A stretch of DNA of 64,000 nucleotides from Vicinamibacteria bacterium (GTDB lineage: Bacteria > Acidobacteriota > Vicinamibacteria > Vicinamibacterales > JAENWD01), in contig CAWHFZ010000012.1 in the NCBI GenBank assembly GCA_963828745.1, positions 657,420-721,419 on the forward strand, in the 5' to 3' direction. The translations under genes and the position numbers were made by a program. A model generated the notes under the pieces. The model was not told where the DNA came from and ran no database searches. It saw only the letters and a list, made by a program, of their open reading frames with translations. Positions 1 to 11,951 of this stretch are shown one piece after another. Positions within the stretch are counted from its first letter, which is position 1; every line of letters begins with the position of its first letter.

Positions 1-16
1 AACGGAGCGACAGGCG

Positions 17-409
17 ATGGCGCGCGTCACCGTAGAAGATTGCATTGACAAGGTCGACAACCGGTTCGACCTGGTCCTTTTGGCCGCGCATCGTGCTCGG
101 ATGATTTCGTCGGGTTCGCAACTCACGATTGATCGCGACAACGACAAAAATCCGGTGGTTTCTTTGCGCGAGATTGCCGAGCAGACCATCTCCCCCGAAG
201 ATATGCGCGAAGAACTGGTTCATTCCTTGCAGAAATTTGTTGAGGTCGACGAGCCTGAGCCCGACACCGTGCCGCTGATCGGCTCGGCTGGGGCGAGCGT
301 CGATGCCGATGACACCGAGGTCGCCGTCGAGCGCATGACGGAGGAGGAGTTGCTGAAGGGTCTGGAGGGGCTCGCACCTCCCGAGGAGCAGCCCGAAGAG
401 GACGAATGA
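17..409 (+). CDS. rpoZ: DNA-directed RNA polymerase subunit omega
   Basis: 130-aa ORF. N-terminus [28 protein letters not shown] is the conserved RpoZ motif. Acidic C-tail; a hairpin terminator follows. Confidence 0.95.
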   Translation: MARVTVEDCIDKVDNRFDLVLLAAHRARMISSGSQLTIDRDNDKNPVVSLREIAEQTISPEDMREELVHSLQKFVEVDEPEPDTVPLIGSAGASVDADDTEVAVERMTEEELLKGLEGLAPPEEQPEEDE

Positions 410-435
410 CCGCTCGTTGCCCTTGTGACGCTTGC

Positions 436-462
436 AAGCCCGGACCCTGGTCCGGGCTTTTG
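436..462 (+). terminator. rho-independent terminator after rpoZ
   Basis: AAGCCCGGACC / GGTCCGGGCTT inverted repeat followed by TTTT. Confidence 0.7.
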
Positions 463-741
463 CGTTCATGGACCAAATGAGTGATCGCATGGACCGGCAC
501 CCGCCATTCGATCGGCCTCCTTGTCCTATGACCAAAATCTCGTGCGCTTTCACATCGAATTCGACTTTTTGCCGGAACATTCTAGAGTAAGTATTGGGGG
601 GTGAGCGGACGGCTTCCGCGCAATGAAAGCACTGATTCTATGGCGAGTTGGCCTGGCAGACGGTGGCAGATGCAGGCCACGACCGGTTCGGTACCGGCGG
701 CTCCGCCATCGGACGCACCTGCCAAGCCGCCGCGCCCGCGC

Positions 742-2924
742 ATGATGCGCCAGTACGACCTGGTCGAGCGTGTCCGCTCCTACAATCCGGACACCGACGA
801 GGATATGCTGAACCGGGCCTACGTCTATGCCATGAAGGCCCACGGCGAACAGATGCGGGCGTCGGGCGATCCCTATTTCTCCCATCCGCTCGAAGTCGCG
901 GCCATCCTGACCGGCCTCAAGCTCGACGATGCCACCATCGTCGCGGCGCTGCTGCACGACACCATCGAGGACACCGAGGCCACGCGGACCGAAATCGACA
1001 ACGTCTTTGGTCACGAGATCGGCGCGCTGGTGGACGGGTTAACCAAACTGAAACGGCTGGAGCTGGTCTCGCGCGAGGCCAAGCAGGGCGAAAACCTGCG
1101 CAAGCTTCTGCTGGCGATCGCCGATGATGTCCGCGTACTGCTGATCAAGCTTGCCGACCGGCTCCACAACATGCGTACGCTGGAATTCGTGCCGCCAGCA
1201 TCGCGACAGCGCATCGCCGAGGAGACGCTCGATATCTACGCGCCGCTGGCGGGCCGCATGGGCATGCAGGAGATGCGCGAAGAACTCGAGGATCTGGCGT
1301 TCCGGACCCTCGATCCGGAAGCCCACGCGGTGGTGATGCAACGACTCAATTCGCTGGCCGAGCGCAATCGTAACCTGATCAGCGAGATCGAGAATCAGCT
1401 CACGACCAGTCTTGTGAAAAATGGCATCGCCGCGCGCGTGCATGGCCGCCGTAAGCAGCCGTTTTCGATCTGGACCAAGATGGAACGAAAATCGGTCGGT
1501 TTCGAGCAGCTTTCGGACATCTTCGCATTCCGCGTGGTCGTGCCCGACGTCGAAGCCTGCTATCGCGCGCTCGGCGTGGTTCACACGACGTGGCCGGTCG
1601 TGCCCGGGCGTTTCAAGGATTACATTTCGACGCCGAAGCAGAACGACTATCGCTCCATCCATACCACGGTGATCGGACCGGGCAACCAGCGCGTCGAACT
1701 GCAGCTCCGCACAGGAGAGATGGACCGCATCGCCGAATTTGGCATCGCCGCGCATGCCTTTTACAAGGACGGCGTGGGTTCGCCGACCGAACTGCTCAAC
1801 CGCGAGTCCAATGCCTTTCGTGGCTGCGCCATACCATCGAAATTCTGTCGGAGAGCGCCAATCCGGAGGAATTCCTCGAGCACACCAAGCTCGAGCTGTT
1901 TCACGACCAAGTGTTCTGCTTCACCCCGAAGGGAAAGCTGATCGCACTGCCGCGGCACGCCAATGTCATCGACTTCGCCTATGCCGTGCACACCGACGTC
2001 GGCAACAGCACGGTGGGTTGCAAGATCAACGGCAAGTTCGCGCCGCTGTCGTCCGAACTACAGAACGGCGATGAGGTCGAGGTTTTGACTTCGCGCGCCC
2101 AGTCCGCGCCGCCGTCGGCCTGGGAAGCGCTTGCGGTCACCGGCAAGGCGCGTGCGGCGATCCGGCGCGCCACCAGGACCGCAGTGCGCGATCAGTATGT
2201 CAGCCTTGGCCGGCGGATCGTGGAGCGCTTGTTCATCCGCGCCAAGATCGAATACGCCGACGACAAGCTCACCGGCGCGTTGCCGCGGCTGGCGCGCGCA
2301 TCGATCGAGGATGTGATGGCTTCGGTGGGCCGCGGAGTGATGCGTGCCTCCGATGTCGCGCGCGCGATGTACCCGGATTACAAGGAGGAGCGGGCGGGCC
2401 GCTTCGGCGCCAAGAAAAGCCTGGCGGTGAAGCTCAAACTGAAATCACCGCCAGACCCCTCTCGCAGCCCTTCGGCAATTCCAATCGGTGGCATCAATTC
2501 GGACTTGCCGGTTAAGTTCGCGCCCAACGGCGGCGCCGTGCCGGGCGACCGCATCATCGGCATCGTCACGCCGGGCGAGGGCATCACGATCTATCCGATC
2601 CAGTCGCCGGCGCTGAAGGATTTTGAGGAAGAGCCCGAACGCTGGCTCGACGTTCGCTGGGATGTCGACGACACCACGCCGCAGCGGTTTCCGGCGCGCA
2701 TCGTGCTGGACAGCGTCAACGAACCCGGCAGCCTCGCGCAGGTCGCGACTGTGATTGCCGAGCACGACGGCAATATCGACAATATCGGCATGAGCAGGCG
2801 TTTGCCTGACTTCACCGAAATGACCATCGATCTCGGAGTCTACGACCTCAAGCATCTCAGCGCCATCATAGCCCAGTTGCGCGCCAAGGCGGTCGTGGCG
2901 CGGGTCGAGCGGGTCAATGGTTAA
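742..2924 (+). pseudogene. spoT: bifunctional (p)ppGpp synthetase/hydrolase SpoT/Rel, frame broken at ~1820
   Basis: ORF 601..1941 carries the HD and synthetase domains (MMRQYDLVERV..., HDTIEDT). ORF 1590..2924 carries TGS and ACT (WLRHTIEIL..., FCFTPKGKLI). They join at ...ESNAF(R)WLRHT with one base missing near 1820. The ATG at 742 is the likely start. Confidence 0.9.
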
Positions 2925-3008
2925 ACAATGCGTATATCGCGACTACCCTCTCCCAAGGGAGGGAAAGCGCGTTTTTACTGTCGATGCCGAGCTAGATAAG
3001 AGACCCTG

Positions 3009-3779
3009 ATGCCCAGCCCTCCCGCGATCCGCCTCGGAATCAATGTCGATCACGTCGCCACCCTGCGCAACGCGCGTGGTGGAGCGCGGCCGGATCCGGT
3101 GCGTATCGCGCTTGCGGCGATCGAGGCTGGCGCGGACGGCATTACCGCGCACCTGCGTGAGGATCGACGCCATATTCGCGATGCCGACATGGCGCGGCTG
3201 AAGGCCGAAATCCCAAAGCCCCTCAATTTTGAGATGGCCGCAACCCCCGACATGATCCGGATCGCGCTGGAAACCAAGCCGCACGCAGTGTGTCTGGTGC
3301 CTGAACGCCGCGAGGAGCTCACTACAGAAGGTGGTCTCGATGTGTTTGGTCAACGGGACTCGCTGGCGCCTTCGATCGCGCGCTTCGGCGATGCCGGTAT
3401 TCGTGTTTCGCTATTCATCGCCGCCGATGAGCGTCAGATTGAAATGGCGGCGAAACTGCATGCGCCGGCGATCGAGATTCACACCGGCTGCTGGTGCGAT
3501 GCCGTCGTTGATGGTCACAGGGAGAAGGCGGACGCCGAATGGCGCAGCATTGTCGAAGGTGCCGCATTGGCCAAGTCGGCGGGTCTTGAGGTTCACGCCG
3601 GGCATGGCCTCGACTACGCGACGGCGGAGACGATTGCGGCGCTGCCGCAGATCGTCGAACTCAATATCGGCTACTTCATGATCGGCGAGGCGTTGCTCGT
3701 CGGGATCGCTGAGACCGTTCGCACCATGCGGGCGGCCATGGATCGCGGCCGCGCGACCCTTAAGGCGCGTAAGGCATGA
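3009..3779 (+). CDS. pdxJ: pyridoxine 5'-phosphate synthase
   Basis: 256-aa ORF with the typical PdxJ sequence [17 protein letters not shown]...HLREDRRHI. Confidence 0.93.
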   Translation: MPSPPAIRLGINVDHVATLRNARGGARPDPVRIALAAIEAGADGITAHLREDRRHIRDADMARLKAEIPKPLNFEMAATPDMIRIALETKPHAVCLVPERREELTTEGGLDVFGQRDSLAPSIARFGDAGIRVSLFIAADERQIEMAAKLHAPAIEIHTGCWCDAVVDGHREKADAEWRSIVEGAALAKSAGLEVHAGHGLDYATAETIAALPQIVELNIGYFMIGEALLVGIAETVRTMRAAMDRGRATLKARKA

Positions 3780-4195
3780 TCATCGGCATCGGCTCCGACC
3801 TGATCGATATCCGCCGGGTGGCGAAAGTCATCGAGCGTCACGGCGACCGGTTTCTCGATCGCATCTTCACGGACGCCGAGCGGGCAAAGGCTGAGCGCCG
3901 CGCCAGCAACGAGAAAATGGTGGTGGCGACCTACGCAAAACGGTTTGCCGCCAAGGAAGCCTGCTCCAAGGCGCTCGGGACGGGAATCCGGTGCGGCGTG
4001 TGGTGGCGGGGCATGGGCGTCGTCAATCTGCCTGGCGGACAGCCCTCGATGAAGTTGACCGGGGGCGCACTGAAACGGCTGGAAACGCTGACACCGGAGG
4101 GCTTGGAGGCGCGGATCGACCTGACCATGACCGACGATTGGCCGCTGGCGCAGGCCTTTGTCATAATTTCGGCTGTGATGCCGGTCAGAGTCTGA
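3776..4195 (+). CDS. acpS: holo-[acyl-carrier-protein] synthase
   Basis: 139-aa ORF starting [19 protein letters not shown] overlap with the pdxJ stop. Confidence 0.92.
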   Translation: MIIGIGSDLIDIRRVAKVIERHGDRFLDRIFTDAERAKAERRASNEKMVVATYAKRFAAKEACSKALGTGIRCGVWWRGMGVVNLPGGQPSMKLTGGALKRLETLTPEGLEARIDLTMTDDWPLAQAFVIISAVMPVRV

Positions 4196-4486
4196 CCGGC
4201 TGCTTCCGATGCTGGTGCCGGATCGATAAAATCAATGATTTATCAGTTGATTAGCAAGTTTTTAGAACGCAGTTGATTGCGCGTTTGCACACAACGGTCT
4301 AAAATGGTCCAGGGTGCTTCTTCGGATTCGGGACACGAGAGCGAAGTCAGCAGTAACCTTCAGCTTTGGTGCGCGAATTCACTCTAAGAACCGGAATGAT
4401 TGGCGTTTTTTTTCGCGGAGCCAAAATCTTCGCCGCAAAACGGCTTTGCCATTGCTTCGGGCGACGGCGATGAACATGGGAAAGCA

Positions 4487-5245
4487 ATGAGCGTGACATC
4501 CGGGACTAAAACTGAAAGCGGCGCCGGCGAGACGATCCGCGTCGTCATCCACGCTCTCATTATCGCCCTGGTGATTCGGACCTTCCTGTTTCAGCCGTTC
4601 AACATTCCGTCGGGATCGATGAAAGCGACGCTGCTGGTCGGCGACTACCTGTTCGTTTCGAAATACTCCTACGGCTACACCCACTATTCCATTCCGTTCT
4701 CACCGCCGCTGTTTTCGGGACGTATCCTGGGCTCCGAACCGAGCCGCGGTGATGTCGTGGTGTTTCGTCTGCCGAAGGACGACACCACCGACTACATCAA
4801 GCGGGTGATCGGGCTGCCGGGCGACCGCATTCAGATGAAGGAGGGGCTGCTTTACATCAACGACAAGCCAGTGCAGCGTGAACGGCTGCCGGACTTCATC
4901 GGTGAGGACCCCTGCGGCTCCGATGCGACGGCGCGAGTCAAGCAATGGCAGGAAACGCTGCCAAACGGCGTCACCTACAAGACGCTCGATTGCGTCGACA
5001 ACGGCTTCTACGACAATACCAACGTCTACACCGTGCCATCAGGCCATTTCTTCATGATGGGCGACAACCGCGACAACTCGACCGATAGCCGCGTGCTCTC
5101 CGCGGTCGGCTATGTGCCGTTCGAGAACCTCATTGGACGGGCCCAGATGATCTTCTTCTCGATCGCCGAGGGCGAACACGCCTGGCAAATCTGGCGCTGG
5201 CCCACCGCGATGCGGTGGAATCGCATATTCTCCATCGTGCGATGA
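4487..5245 (+). CDS. lepB: signal peptidase I
   Basis: Contains FNIPSGSMKATLLVGDYLFVSKYSYGY and GDNRDNSTDSR motifs. The ATG at 4487 is preferred over the upstream ORF start at 4400. Confidence 0.92.
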   Translation: MSVTSGTKTESGAGETIRVVIHALIIALVIRTFLFQPFNIPSGSMKATLLVGDYLFVSKYSYGYTHYSIPFSPPLFSGRILGSEPSRGDVVVFRLPKDDTTDYIKRVIGLPGDRIQMKEGLLYINDKPVQRERLPDFIGEDPCGSDATARVKQWQETLPNGVTYKTLDCVDNGFYDNTNVYTVPSGHFFMMGDNRDNSTDSRVLSAVGYVPFENLIGRAQMIFFSIAEGEHAWQIWRWPTAMRWNRIFSIVR

Positions 5246-6042
5246 TCGACGAATCGGCTGACATCAAACCAGTCCCGACCCCCGACGACGAGGCCGTGCC
5301 ATCCGGCACGGGGCTGGTTGCGCCTGCGCCGAAGAAAAAGCGCGCCCGAACCAGCACCAAGGCAATCATGGCCGCGATCGAACAGCGGCTGGGCCACAGC
5401 TTCGCCGATACGTCGCTACTGACGACGGCCTTCACTCATGTCTCGGCGCTGAAGTCATCGCGCGGACGCGGCGACAGTTACCAGCGTCTCGAATTTCTCG
5501 GGGATCACGTGCTCGGTCTGGTGGTCTCCGACATGCTCTATCGCGCCTTTCCGAAAGCGGACGAGGGCGAACTGTCGAAGCGGCTCGCCGATCTCGTACG
5601 CAAGGAGACCTGCATCGATGTCGCCAAATCGCTCGATCTGCTGGAGGGCATCAAGCTCGGCGCGGTCGGCGGCGGTGCCGGCGCGCGGCTGCGCCGGTCC
5701 GTGCTCGGAGATATCTGCGAGGCGGTGATCGGCGCGGTCTATCTCGATGGCGGCTATGCCGCGGCGGCTACCTTCGTCGAGCGTAACTGGACCGAGCGAA
5801 TGCGCAAGCCGGTGAGGCCGCTGCGGGATCCCAAGACCGTGCTGCAGGAGTGGGCGCAGGGCCAGGGCCTACCGACGCCGGTTTACCGCGAAGTGGAACG
5901 CACCGGGCCGCATCACGATCCGAGCTTCCGCGTCGCAGTCGAGTTGCCCGGGCTGGAGGCCTCGGAGGGCATCGGCGGCAGCAAGCGCGCGGCGGAAAAG
6001 GCCGCAGCGTCGGCGATGATCGCCCGTGAAGGTGTGAAGTGA
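5215..6042 (+). CDS. rnc: ribonuclease III
   Basis: Signature ERLEFLGDHVLGLVVSD plus a dsRBD C-terminus. The start is uncertain (5215 or 5242). Confidence 0.9.
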   Translation: MESHILHRAMIDESADIKPVPTPDDEAVPSGTGLVAPAPKKKRARTSTKAIMAAIEQRLGHSFADTSLLTTAFTHVSALKSSRGRGDSYQRLEFLGDHVLGLVVSDMLYRAFPKADEGELSKRLADLVRKETCIDVAKSLDLLEGIKLGAVGGGAGARLRRSVLGDICEAVIGAVYLDGGYAAAATFVERNWTERMRKPVRPLRDPKTVLQEWAQGQGLPTPVYREVERTGPHHDPSFRVAVELPGLEASEGIGGSKRAAEKAAASAMIAREGVK

Positions 6043-6950
6043 GCGAGGCCGGTGCGGCTACGCGATGCGGTTTTGTCGCGTTGATCGGGGCGCCAAACGT
6101 CGGCAAGTCCACGCTGGTCAATGCGCTGGTAGGCTCGAAAGTCACCATCGTCTCGCGCAAGGTGCAGACCACCCGCGCGCTGATCCGCGGCATCGTCATC
6201 GAGAGCAACGCCCAGATCATCGTGGTCGACACTCCCGGTATCTTCGCGCCGAAGCGGCGGCTCGACCGCGCCATGGTCTCGACCGCGTGGAGCGGGGCCC
6301 ATGACGCCGATCTCGTCTGCGCGCTGCTCGACGCCCGCGCAGGGATCGATGACGAGGCCGATGTCATTCTTGCGAAACTCGCAGGCGTGGCGCATCCGAA
6401 AATTCTGGTGCTGAACAAGATCGATCTCGTGCCCCGCGAAAAACTGCTGGCGCTGGCCAGCGCGGCCAACGACCGCCTTGCCTTCGAGGATACGTTCATG
6501 GTCTCGGCGCTGTCCGGCGACGGGGTCGATGATCTGCGCCGTGCGTTGGCGCGGCGCGTGCCGGAAGGACCATATCACTATCCGGAAGACCAGATGTCGG
6601 ACGCGCCGTTGCGTCATCTTGCAGCGGAAATCACCCGCGAGAAGATCTACCGCCATCTGCATCAGGAATTGCCGTATCAATCTACCGTCGAGACCGACAC
6701 CTGGACCGAGCGCGCTGACAAATCCGTCCGCATCGAGCAGACCATCTTTGTGGAACGCGATAGCCAGCGCAAAATCGTGCTAGGTAAGGGTGGAGCTACC
6801 ATTAAGGCGATCGGCGCCGACTTCCGCAAGGAGATCGGTGAGATCCTTGGACAGCCGGTGCATCTGTTCCTGTTCGTGAAGGTGCGCGAGAACTGGGCCG
6901 ACGATCCGAACCGTTATCGCGAAATAGGATTGGAATTTCCCAAGGAATAG
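6039..6950 (+). CDS. era: GTPase Era
   Basis: P-loop GAPNVGKST, DTPG, NKID and a KH-domain C-terminus. GTGA overlap with rnc. Confidence 0.94.
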   Translation: MSEAGAATRCGFVALIGAPNVGKSTLVNALVGSKVTIVSRKVQTTRALIRGIVIESNAQIIVVDTPGIFAPKRRLDRAMVSTAWSGAHDADLVCALLDARAGIDDEADVILAKLAGVAHPKILVLNKIDLVPREKLLALASAANDRLAFEDTFMVSALSGDGVDDLRRALARRVPEGPYHYPEDQMSDAPLRHLAAEITREKIYRHLHQELPYQSTVETDTWTERADKSVRIEQTIFVERDSQRKIVLGKGGATIKAIGADFRKEIGEILGQPVHLFLFVKVRENWADDPNRYREIGLEFPKE

Positions 6951-6963
6951 GCCGGCGGAGGCA

Positions 6964-7347
6964 ATGACGATCCCGAGAAACGTGCTGCGGTTCGAGATCC
7001 TGCTGTACCTGTCGCTCCTGATCGACACGCTGTCGGCCGCGTTCATCGAACGCACGCCGCCTGATATCGGCGAGGCGGCAGCGGCGAGCGTCGATATGTT
7101 TGCCGTTGTGCTGTTGACGTTTGTCCTGCTTCTGGTCTGGCTCGCGGCACGGCAGCGGAAGAACTGGGCGCGGTGGATACTGGTCGCGGCACTTGGGCTC
7201 TCCGTGCTCACGCTGTTCGATTCATTACGGTACGGACTGACGCTGACGTCGGCGGTCGACGCGCTTTCGATCGGCCTGACCACGGCCGGGATATATTTTT
7301 CATTCACGGGCGATGCGAAAGACTGGTTCAATTCACAGCCCGTCTGA
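6964..7347 (+). CDS. hypothetical small membrane protein
   Basis: 127-aa ORF with 3-4 hydrophobic segments. No recognisable family. Confidence 0.55.
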   Translation: MTIPRNVLRFEILLYLSLLIDTLSAAFIERTPPDIGEAAAASVDMFAVVLLTFVLLLVWLAARQRKNWARWILVAALGLSVLTLFDSLRYGLTLTSAVDALSIGLTTAGIYFSFTGDAKDWFNSQPV

Positions 7348-7390
7348 TCGAATGGCTGCGAAATGCCGCGCGATATTATAGGCTGGCGCC

Positions 7391-8152
7391 ATGGAATGGA
7401 CCGACGAGGGCATCGTGCTCGGGGTGCGACGGCATGGCGAAACCAGCGCCATCGTCGAATTGCTGACGCGCAGCCACGGCCGCCATCTCGGTCTTGTTCG
7501 CGGCGGCGCCGGATCGCGGATGCGCCCGCTGCTGCAACCCGGCAATACCGTGAGCGCGGTGTGGCGGGCGCGGCTCGATGAGCATCTCGGCACTTACGCG
7601 TTGGAAGGGATGCGGATGCGCGCGGCGGTGCTGCTGGCGTCGTCGCACGCGGTTTACGGCGTAACCCACCTTGCCTCCCTGGCGCGGTTGCTGCCGGAGC
7701 GCGATCCCCATGAAGACATTTTTGGGATACTGGAACGGACGCTGGACGATTTTGCCACGGCGGGCGAGGCGGCGATTTATCTGGTCCGGTTTGAGCTGGC
7801 GATGCTGACCGAACTCGGTTTCGGCCTCGATCTTTCGACGTGTGCGGCGACCGGTACCACCACCGACCTCGTCTACGTCTCGCCGAAATCGGGCGGTGCG
7901 GTGTCGCAGCAGGCCGGCGAACCCTGGCGCGACCGGCTGCTACGGCTGCCGCCGTTTCTGCGCGGGGATGACAGTGTCGAGCAAAGCTGGTCCGAACAGG
8001 ATTTGCTGGACGGCTTTGAACTGACCGGGCGCTTCCTGCTGCGTCATGTGCTTGAACCGCGCGGGCAGGGGCATTCGGATGCGAGGACGGGGTTCATCAA
8101 CGCCGTCGTACGACCGCGGGCGCGTCAGCAACCGGCCATTGCCTCGTCGTAA
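7391..8152 (+). CDS. recO: DNA repair protein RecO
   Basis: 253-aa ORF starting [26 protein letters not shown]. Conserved position after era. Confidence 0.9.
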   Translation: MEWTDEGIVLGVRRHGETSAIVELLTRSHGRHLGLVRGGAGSRMRPLLQPGNTVSAVWRARLDEHLGTYALEGMRMRAAVLLASSHAVYGVTHLASLARLLPERDPHEDIFGILERTLDDFATAGEAAIYLVRFELAMLTELGFGLDLSTCAATGTTTDLVYVSPKSGGAVSQQAGEPWRDRLLRLPPFLRGDDSVEQSWSEQDLLDGFELTGRFLLRHVLEPRGQGHSDARTGFINAVVRPRARQQPAIASS

Positions 8153-8253
8153 TCAGATAGGCTGGACAAGGGCTTGTATCGGAAGTCTTCCATCGCGCCA
8201 GAGGTCTTGTTTCGCGTCTTGTCCAACGAGTCCGCAGGGTTTAACCCGTTCCC

Positions 8254-10505
8254 ATGGGAAAACGACTGATTCCTGCTGAGCCGGCGGAAATTCATGATGT
8301 AATGCTGCGGGATGCGCTGGAAGAGCGCTATCTCGCCTACGCGCTCTCCACCATCATGCACCGCGCTCTTCCGGACGCTCGCGACGGCCTCAAGCCGGTG
8401 CATCGCCGCATCCTCTACGGCATGCGGCTGCTGCGGCTCGATCCCGGCACGCCATTCAAGAAATCTGCAAAGATCGTCGGTGACGTGATGGGTTCGTTCC
8501 ATCCGCATGGCGACCAGTCGATCTACGACGCGCTGGTGCGTCTCGCGCAGGACTTTGCTTCGCGCTATCCGCTGGTGGACGGACAGGGCAATTTCGGCAA
8601 CATCGACGGCGATAATCCCGCCGCCTACCGCTACACCGAAGCCCGCATGACCGATGTCGCGCGGCTGCTGCTCGAAGGCATCGACGAGGACGCCGTCGAA
8701 TTCCGCGCCAACTATGATGGCCAGACCCGCGAGCCGGTGGTGCTGCCCGGCGGCTTCCCGAACCTGCTCGCCAATGGCTCCCAAGGCATCGCCGTCGGCA
8801 TGGCCACCGCGATCCCGCCGCACAACGCGGCTGAACTGTGCGAAGCTGCGCTGCATCTGATCGACAAGCCGGATGCAAAGTCGAAGGCGCTGCTGAAATG
8901 GGTCAAGGGGCCGGACTTTCCGACCGGCGGCATCATCATCGATTCCAAGGAAAGCATCGCCGAGGCTTATATGACCGGGCGCGGCGCCTTCCGCACCCGC
9001 GCCAAGTGGCATCAGGAAGAAGGCGCACGCGGCACCTGGGTCATCGTGGTCACGGAGATTCCGTGGCTGGTGCAGAAGTCGCGGCTGATCGAGAAGATCG
9101 CCGAACTGCTCAACGAGAAGAAACTGCCACTGGTCGGCGACATCAGGGACGAAGTCGGCGGAAGACATCCGCGTCGTCATCGAGCCGAAGTCACGCAACG
9201 TCGATCCCGAGCTGGTGATGGAATCGCTGTTCAAGCTCACCGAGCTTGAGAGCCGCATTTCGCTCAACCTCAACGTGCTCATCAAGGGCAGGATTCCGAA
9301 GGTCGTTGGCCTTGCGGAATGCCTTCGTGAATGGCTGGACCATCTGCGCGACGTGCTGTTGCGCCGCTCGGCTTATCGCAAGGCGCAGATCGAACACCGG
9401 CTGGAAGTGCTCGGCGGCTACCTGATCGCGTACCTGAACATCGACAAGGTCATCAAGATCATCCGCACTGAGGATGAGCCGAAGCAGGCCTTGATGAAGG
9501 CATTCAATCTCACGGAGGTCCAGGCCGACGCCATCCTCAACATGCGGCTGCGTTCCTTGCGCAAGCTAGAGGAAATGGAAATCCGCACCGAGGACAAGGA
9601 TCTACGGGCGGAATTGAAAGGCGTCAACGCGATCCTAAAGTCCGAGAGCGAACAATGGGCCAAGGTCGGCGAGCAGGTCCGCAAGGTACGCGACCTCTTT
9701 GGGCCCGAAGACGCCGCTCGGCAAGCGCCGCACCGTCTTTGCCGACGCTCCCGAACACGATCTCGCCGCGCTCGAAGAGTCGTTGGTGGAGCGGGAGCCT
9801 GTCACGGTCGTCGTCTCCGACAAGGGCTGGGTGCGGATGCTGAAAGGCCACGTTGAGGATCTGTCCAATCTCGCGTTCAAGACCGACGACAAGATGGGCT
9901 TTGCGTTCTTCGCTGAGACGACATCAAAACTGCTGCTGTTCGCCACCAACGGAAAATTCTATTCGCTCGATGTAGCAAAGCTGCCGGGCGGGCGCGGCCA
10001 CGGCGAGCCGATCCGTCTTTTCATCGACATGGAGCAGGACGCCGCGATCGTGTCGATGTTCGTCAATACCGGCGGACGCAAGTTCCTGATCGCGAGCCAC
10101 GAAGGGCAGGGGTTCGTCGTCAACGAGGACGATTGCGTCGGCACCACGCGCAAGGGCAAGCAGGTGCTCAACGTCGAGATGCCGAACGAAGCCAAGGCAA
10201 TCGTGACTGTCACGGGCGATCAAGTGGCCGTCATCGGCACCAACCACAAGATGGTGATCTTCCCGCTCGATCAGGTGCCGGAAATGGCGCGCGGCCGCGG
10301 CGTGCGCTTGCAAAAGTATACCAGCGCCGCGCTCTCCGACGTTGCGACGTTCGAGCAGAAGGCAGGGTTAACCTGGAAGGACTCCGCCGGGCGAGAGCAA
10401 GGCCTGAGCTGGAAAGAGTTGTCCGATTGGCGCGGCAACCGCGCCGATGCCGGCCGTCTCGCGCATGGCCTGCCGAAATCGAACAAGTTCGGCCGCACGA
10501 TCTAG
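8254..10505 (+). pseudogene. parC: DNA topoisomerase IV subunit A, frame broken twice (~9154 and ~9702)
   Basis: Three consecutive ORFs (8254..9249, 9215..9856, 9699..10505) together give a full ParC. The first join is ...LVGDIRDE|[27 protein letters not shown] (extra G at ~9154). The second is ...VRDLFG|[10 protein letters not shown] (extra G in the GGG run at ~9701-9703). Confidence 0.9.
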
Positions 10506-10724
10506 TTTTCCCGGTTTGCGTTGGCCGCCTCACTCGTGAGGTACCTCGCCTTGCGCGTGGGAAGGCGCGTCACTAGCTGCTCCTTCCCGATCCAATTCGA
10601 TCTATTTCCCTGGATGACCATCCTTGTCGCATCACACCGATAATGATCGTCCTGTCGGACGCTTCGCCCGCCGGATGTTTTCGCTTGATCGGCGACGCAA
10701 TTGGACGATGATCCTGTCTAGGCA

Positions 10725-11951
10725 TTGTGGATCGCGAGGGGGCATGTGTTGAACGCATTGCAGAGCCAGAACCACACATCGCGACATTTTTTATCCAGTT
10801 TGTTGCGGTTGACGCCGCTAGCCGCGCTCGGAACTGCATTGCTGCTCGCCGGATGCGACGACAAGGCCGCCCAACAGGCGGCCGCGCCACCTGCATTGCC
10901 TGTCACCGTAGCGCAACCGACCAAGCGCACTGTCACCGACTGGGATGAATTCACCGGCCGCTTCGACGCCGTCGAGCAGGTGCAGGTGCGGACGCGTGTC
11001 ACCGGATTCGTCACCAGCGTGGATTTCAAGGACGGCGCCATCGTCAAAACGGGCGATCTGCTTTACACCATCGACCCGCGCCAGTACGAGGCCGCCGCGG
11101 AGCAGGCGCGAGGCCAGCTTGATGATGCCAAGGCCAAGGTCGTCCTGGCGCAGAAAGAACTCGGCCGCTCGACCACCCTGATCAAGACTCAGGCGATTTC
11201 GGAAAACGTCGTCGATCAGCGTAATCAGGCGCTTGCTGCTGCGCAGGCCGCGACTTTGCAGGCCGAAGGTGCGCTCAAGCAGGCTCAGCTCAACGTCGAA
11301 TATACCAGGGTCGTCGCACCGATCACGGGCCGCGTCAGCCGCCATCTGGTGAGCGTCGGCAATCTCGTGCAAGGCAGCGAGAGCGGTGCGACGCTGCTGA
11401 CCTCGATCGTGTCATTGGACCCGATCCACGTCTACTTTGACATGGATGAGTCCATCTATCAGCGCAACAGCCGGCTGTGGTTCGAGGGCAAGCGGCCCAG
11501 TTCGCGAGATACGCCTAATCCGGTGCAGATCACGCTGACCGGGGAAACCAAGCCGTCGCATGACGGAAAGATAGATTTTCTCGACAACAGGCTTGACGTC
11601 GGTACCGGCACGCTGCGCGGCCGTGCGATGGTCGACAACCACGATCTGTCGATCCTGCCGGGCCAGTTCGCGCGGGTGCGTGTGATCGCCAGCGCTCCCT
11701 ATGAGGCGCTGCTTATGCCCGATACGGCCGTGGCGAGCGACCAATCGCGCAAGATCGTCTTTGTCGTCAACGCCGACAACGTCGTCGAAGCCCGGCCGGT
11801 GATACTCGGTCCGCTTGATGACGGCTTGCGCGTCATCAAGGAAGGACTGAAGGCCGATGACCGTGTGATCGTCGACGGGCTGCAGCGGGCGCGGATCGGC
11901 GCAAAAGTCGCGCCGCACGAGGCCAAAGCAAGCGGCGGCGCCAAGCCATGA
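10725..11951 (+). CDS. efflux RND transporter periplasmic adaptor subunit
   Basis: Lipoprotein signal ...LLLAGC and HlyD/MFP-like coiled-coil and barrel regions. The start may be the GTG at 10746. Confidence 0.88.
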   Translation: MWIARGHVLNALQSQNHTSRHFLSSLLRLTPLAALGTALLLAGCDDKAAQQAAAPPALPVTVAQPTKRTVTDWDEFTGRFDAVEQVQVRTRVTGFVTSVDFKDGAIVKTGDLLYTIDPRQYEAAAEQARGQLDDAKAKVVLAQKELGRSTTLIKTQAISENVVDQRNQALAAAQAATLQAEGALKQAQLNVEYTRVVAPITGRVSRHLVSVGNLVQGSESGATLLTSIVSLDPIHVYFDMDESIYQRNSRLWFEGKRPSSRDTPNPVQITLTGETKPSHDGKIDFLDNRLDVGTGTLRGRAMVDNHDLSILPGQFARVRVIASAPYEALLMPDTAVASDQSRKIVFVVNADNVVEARPVILGPLDDGLRVIKEGLKADDRVIVDGLQRARIGAKVAPHEAKASGGAKP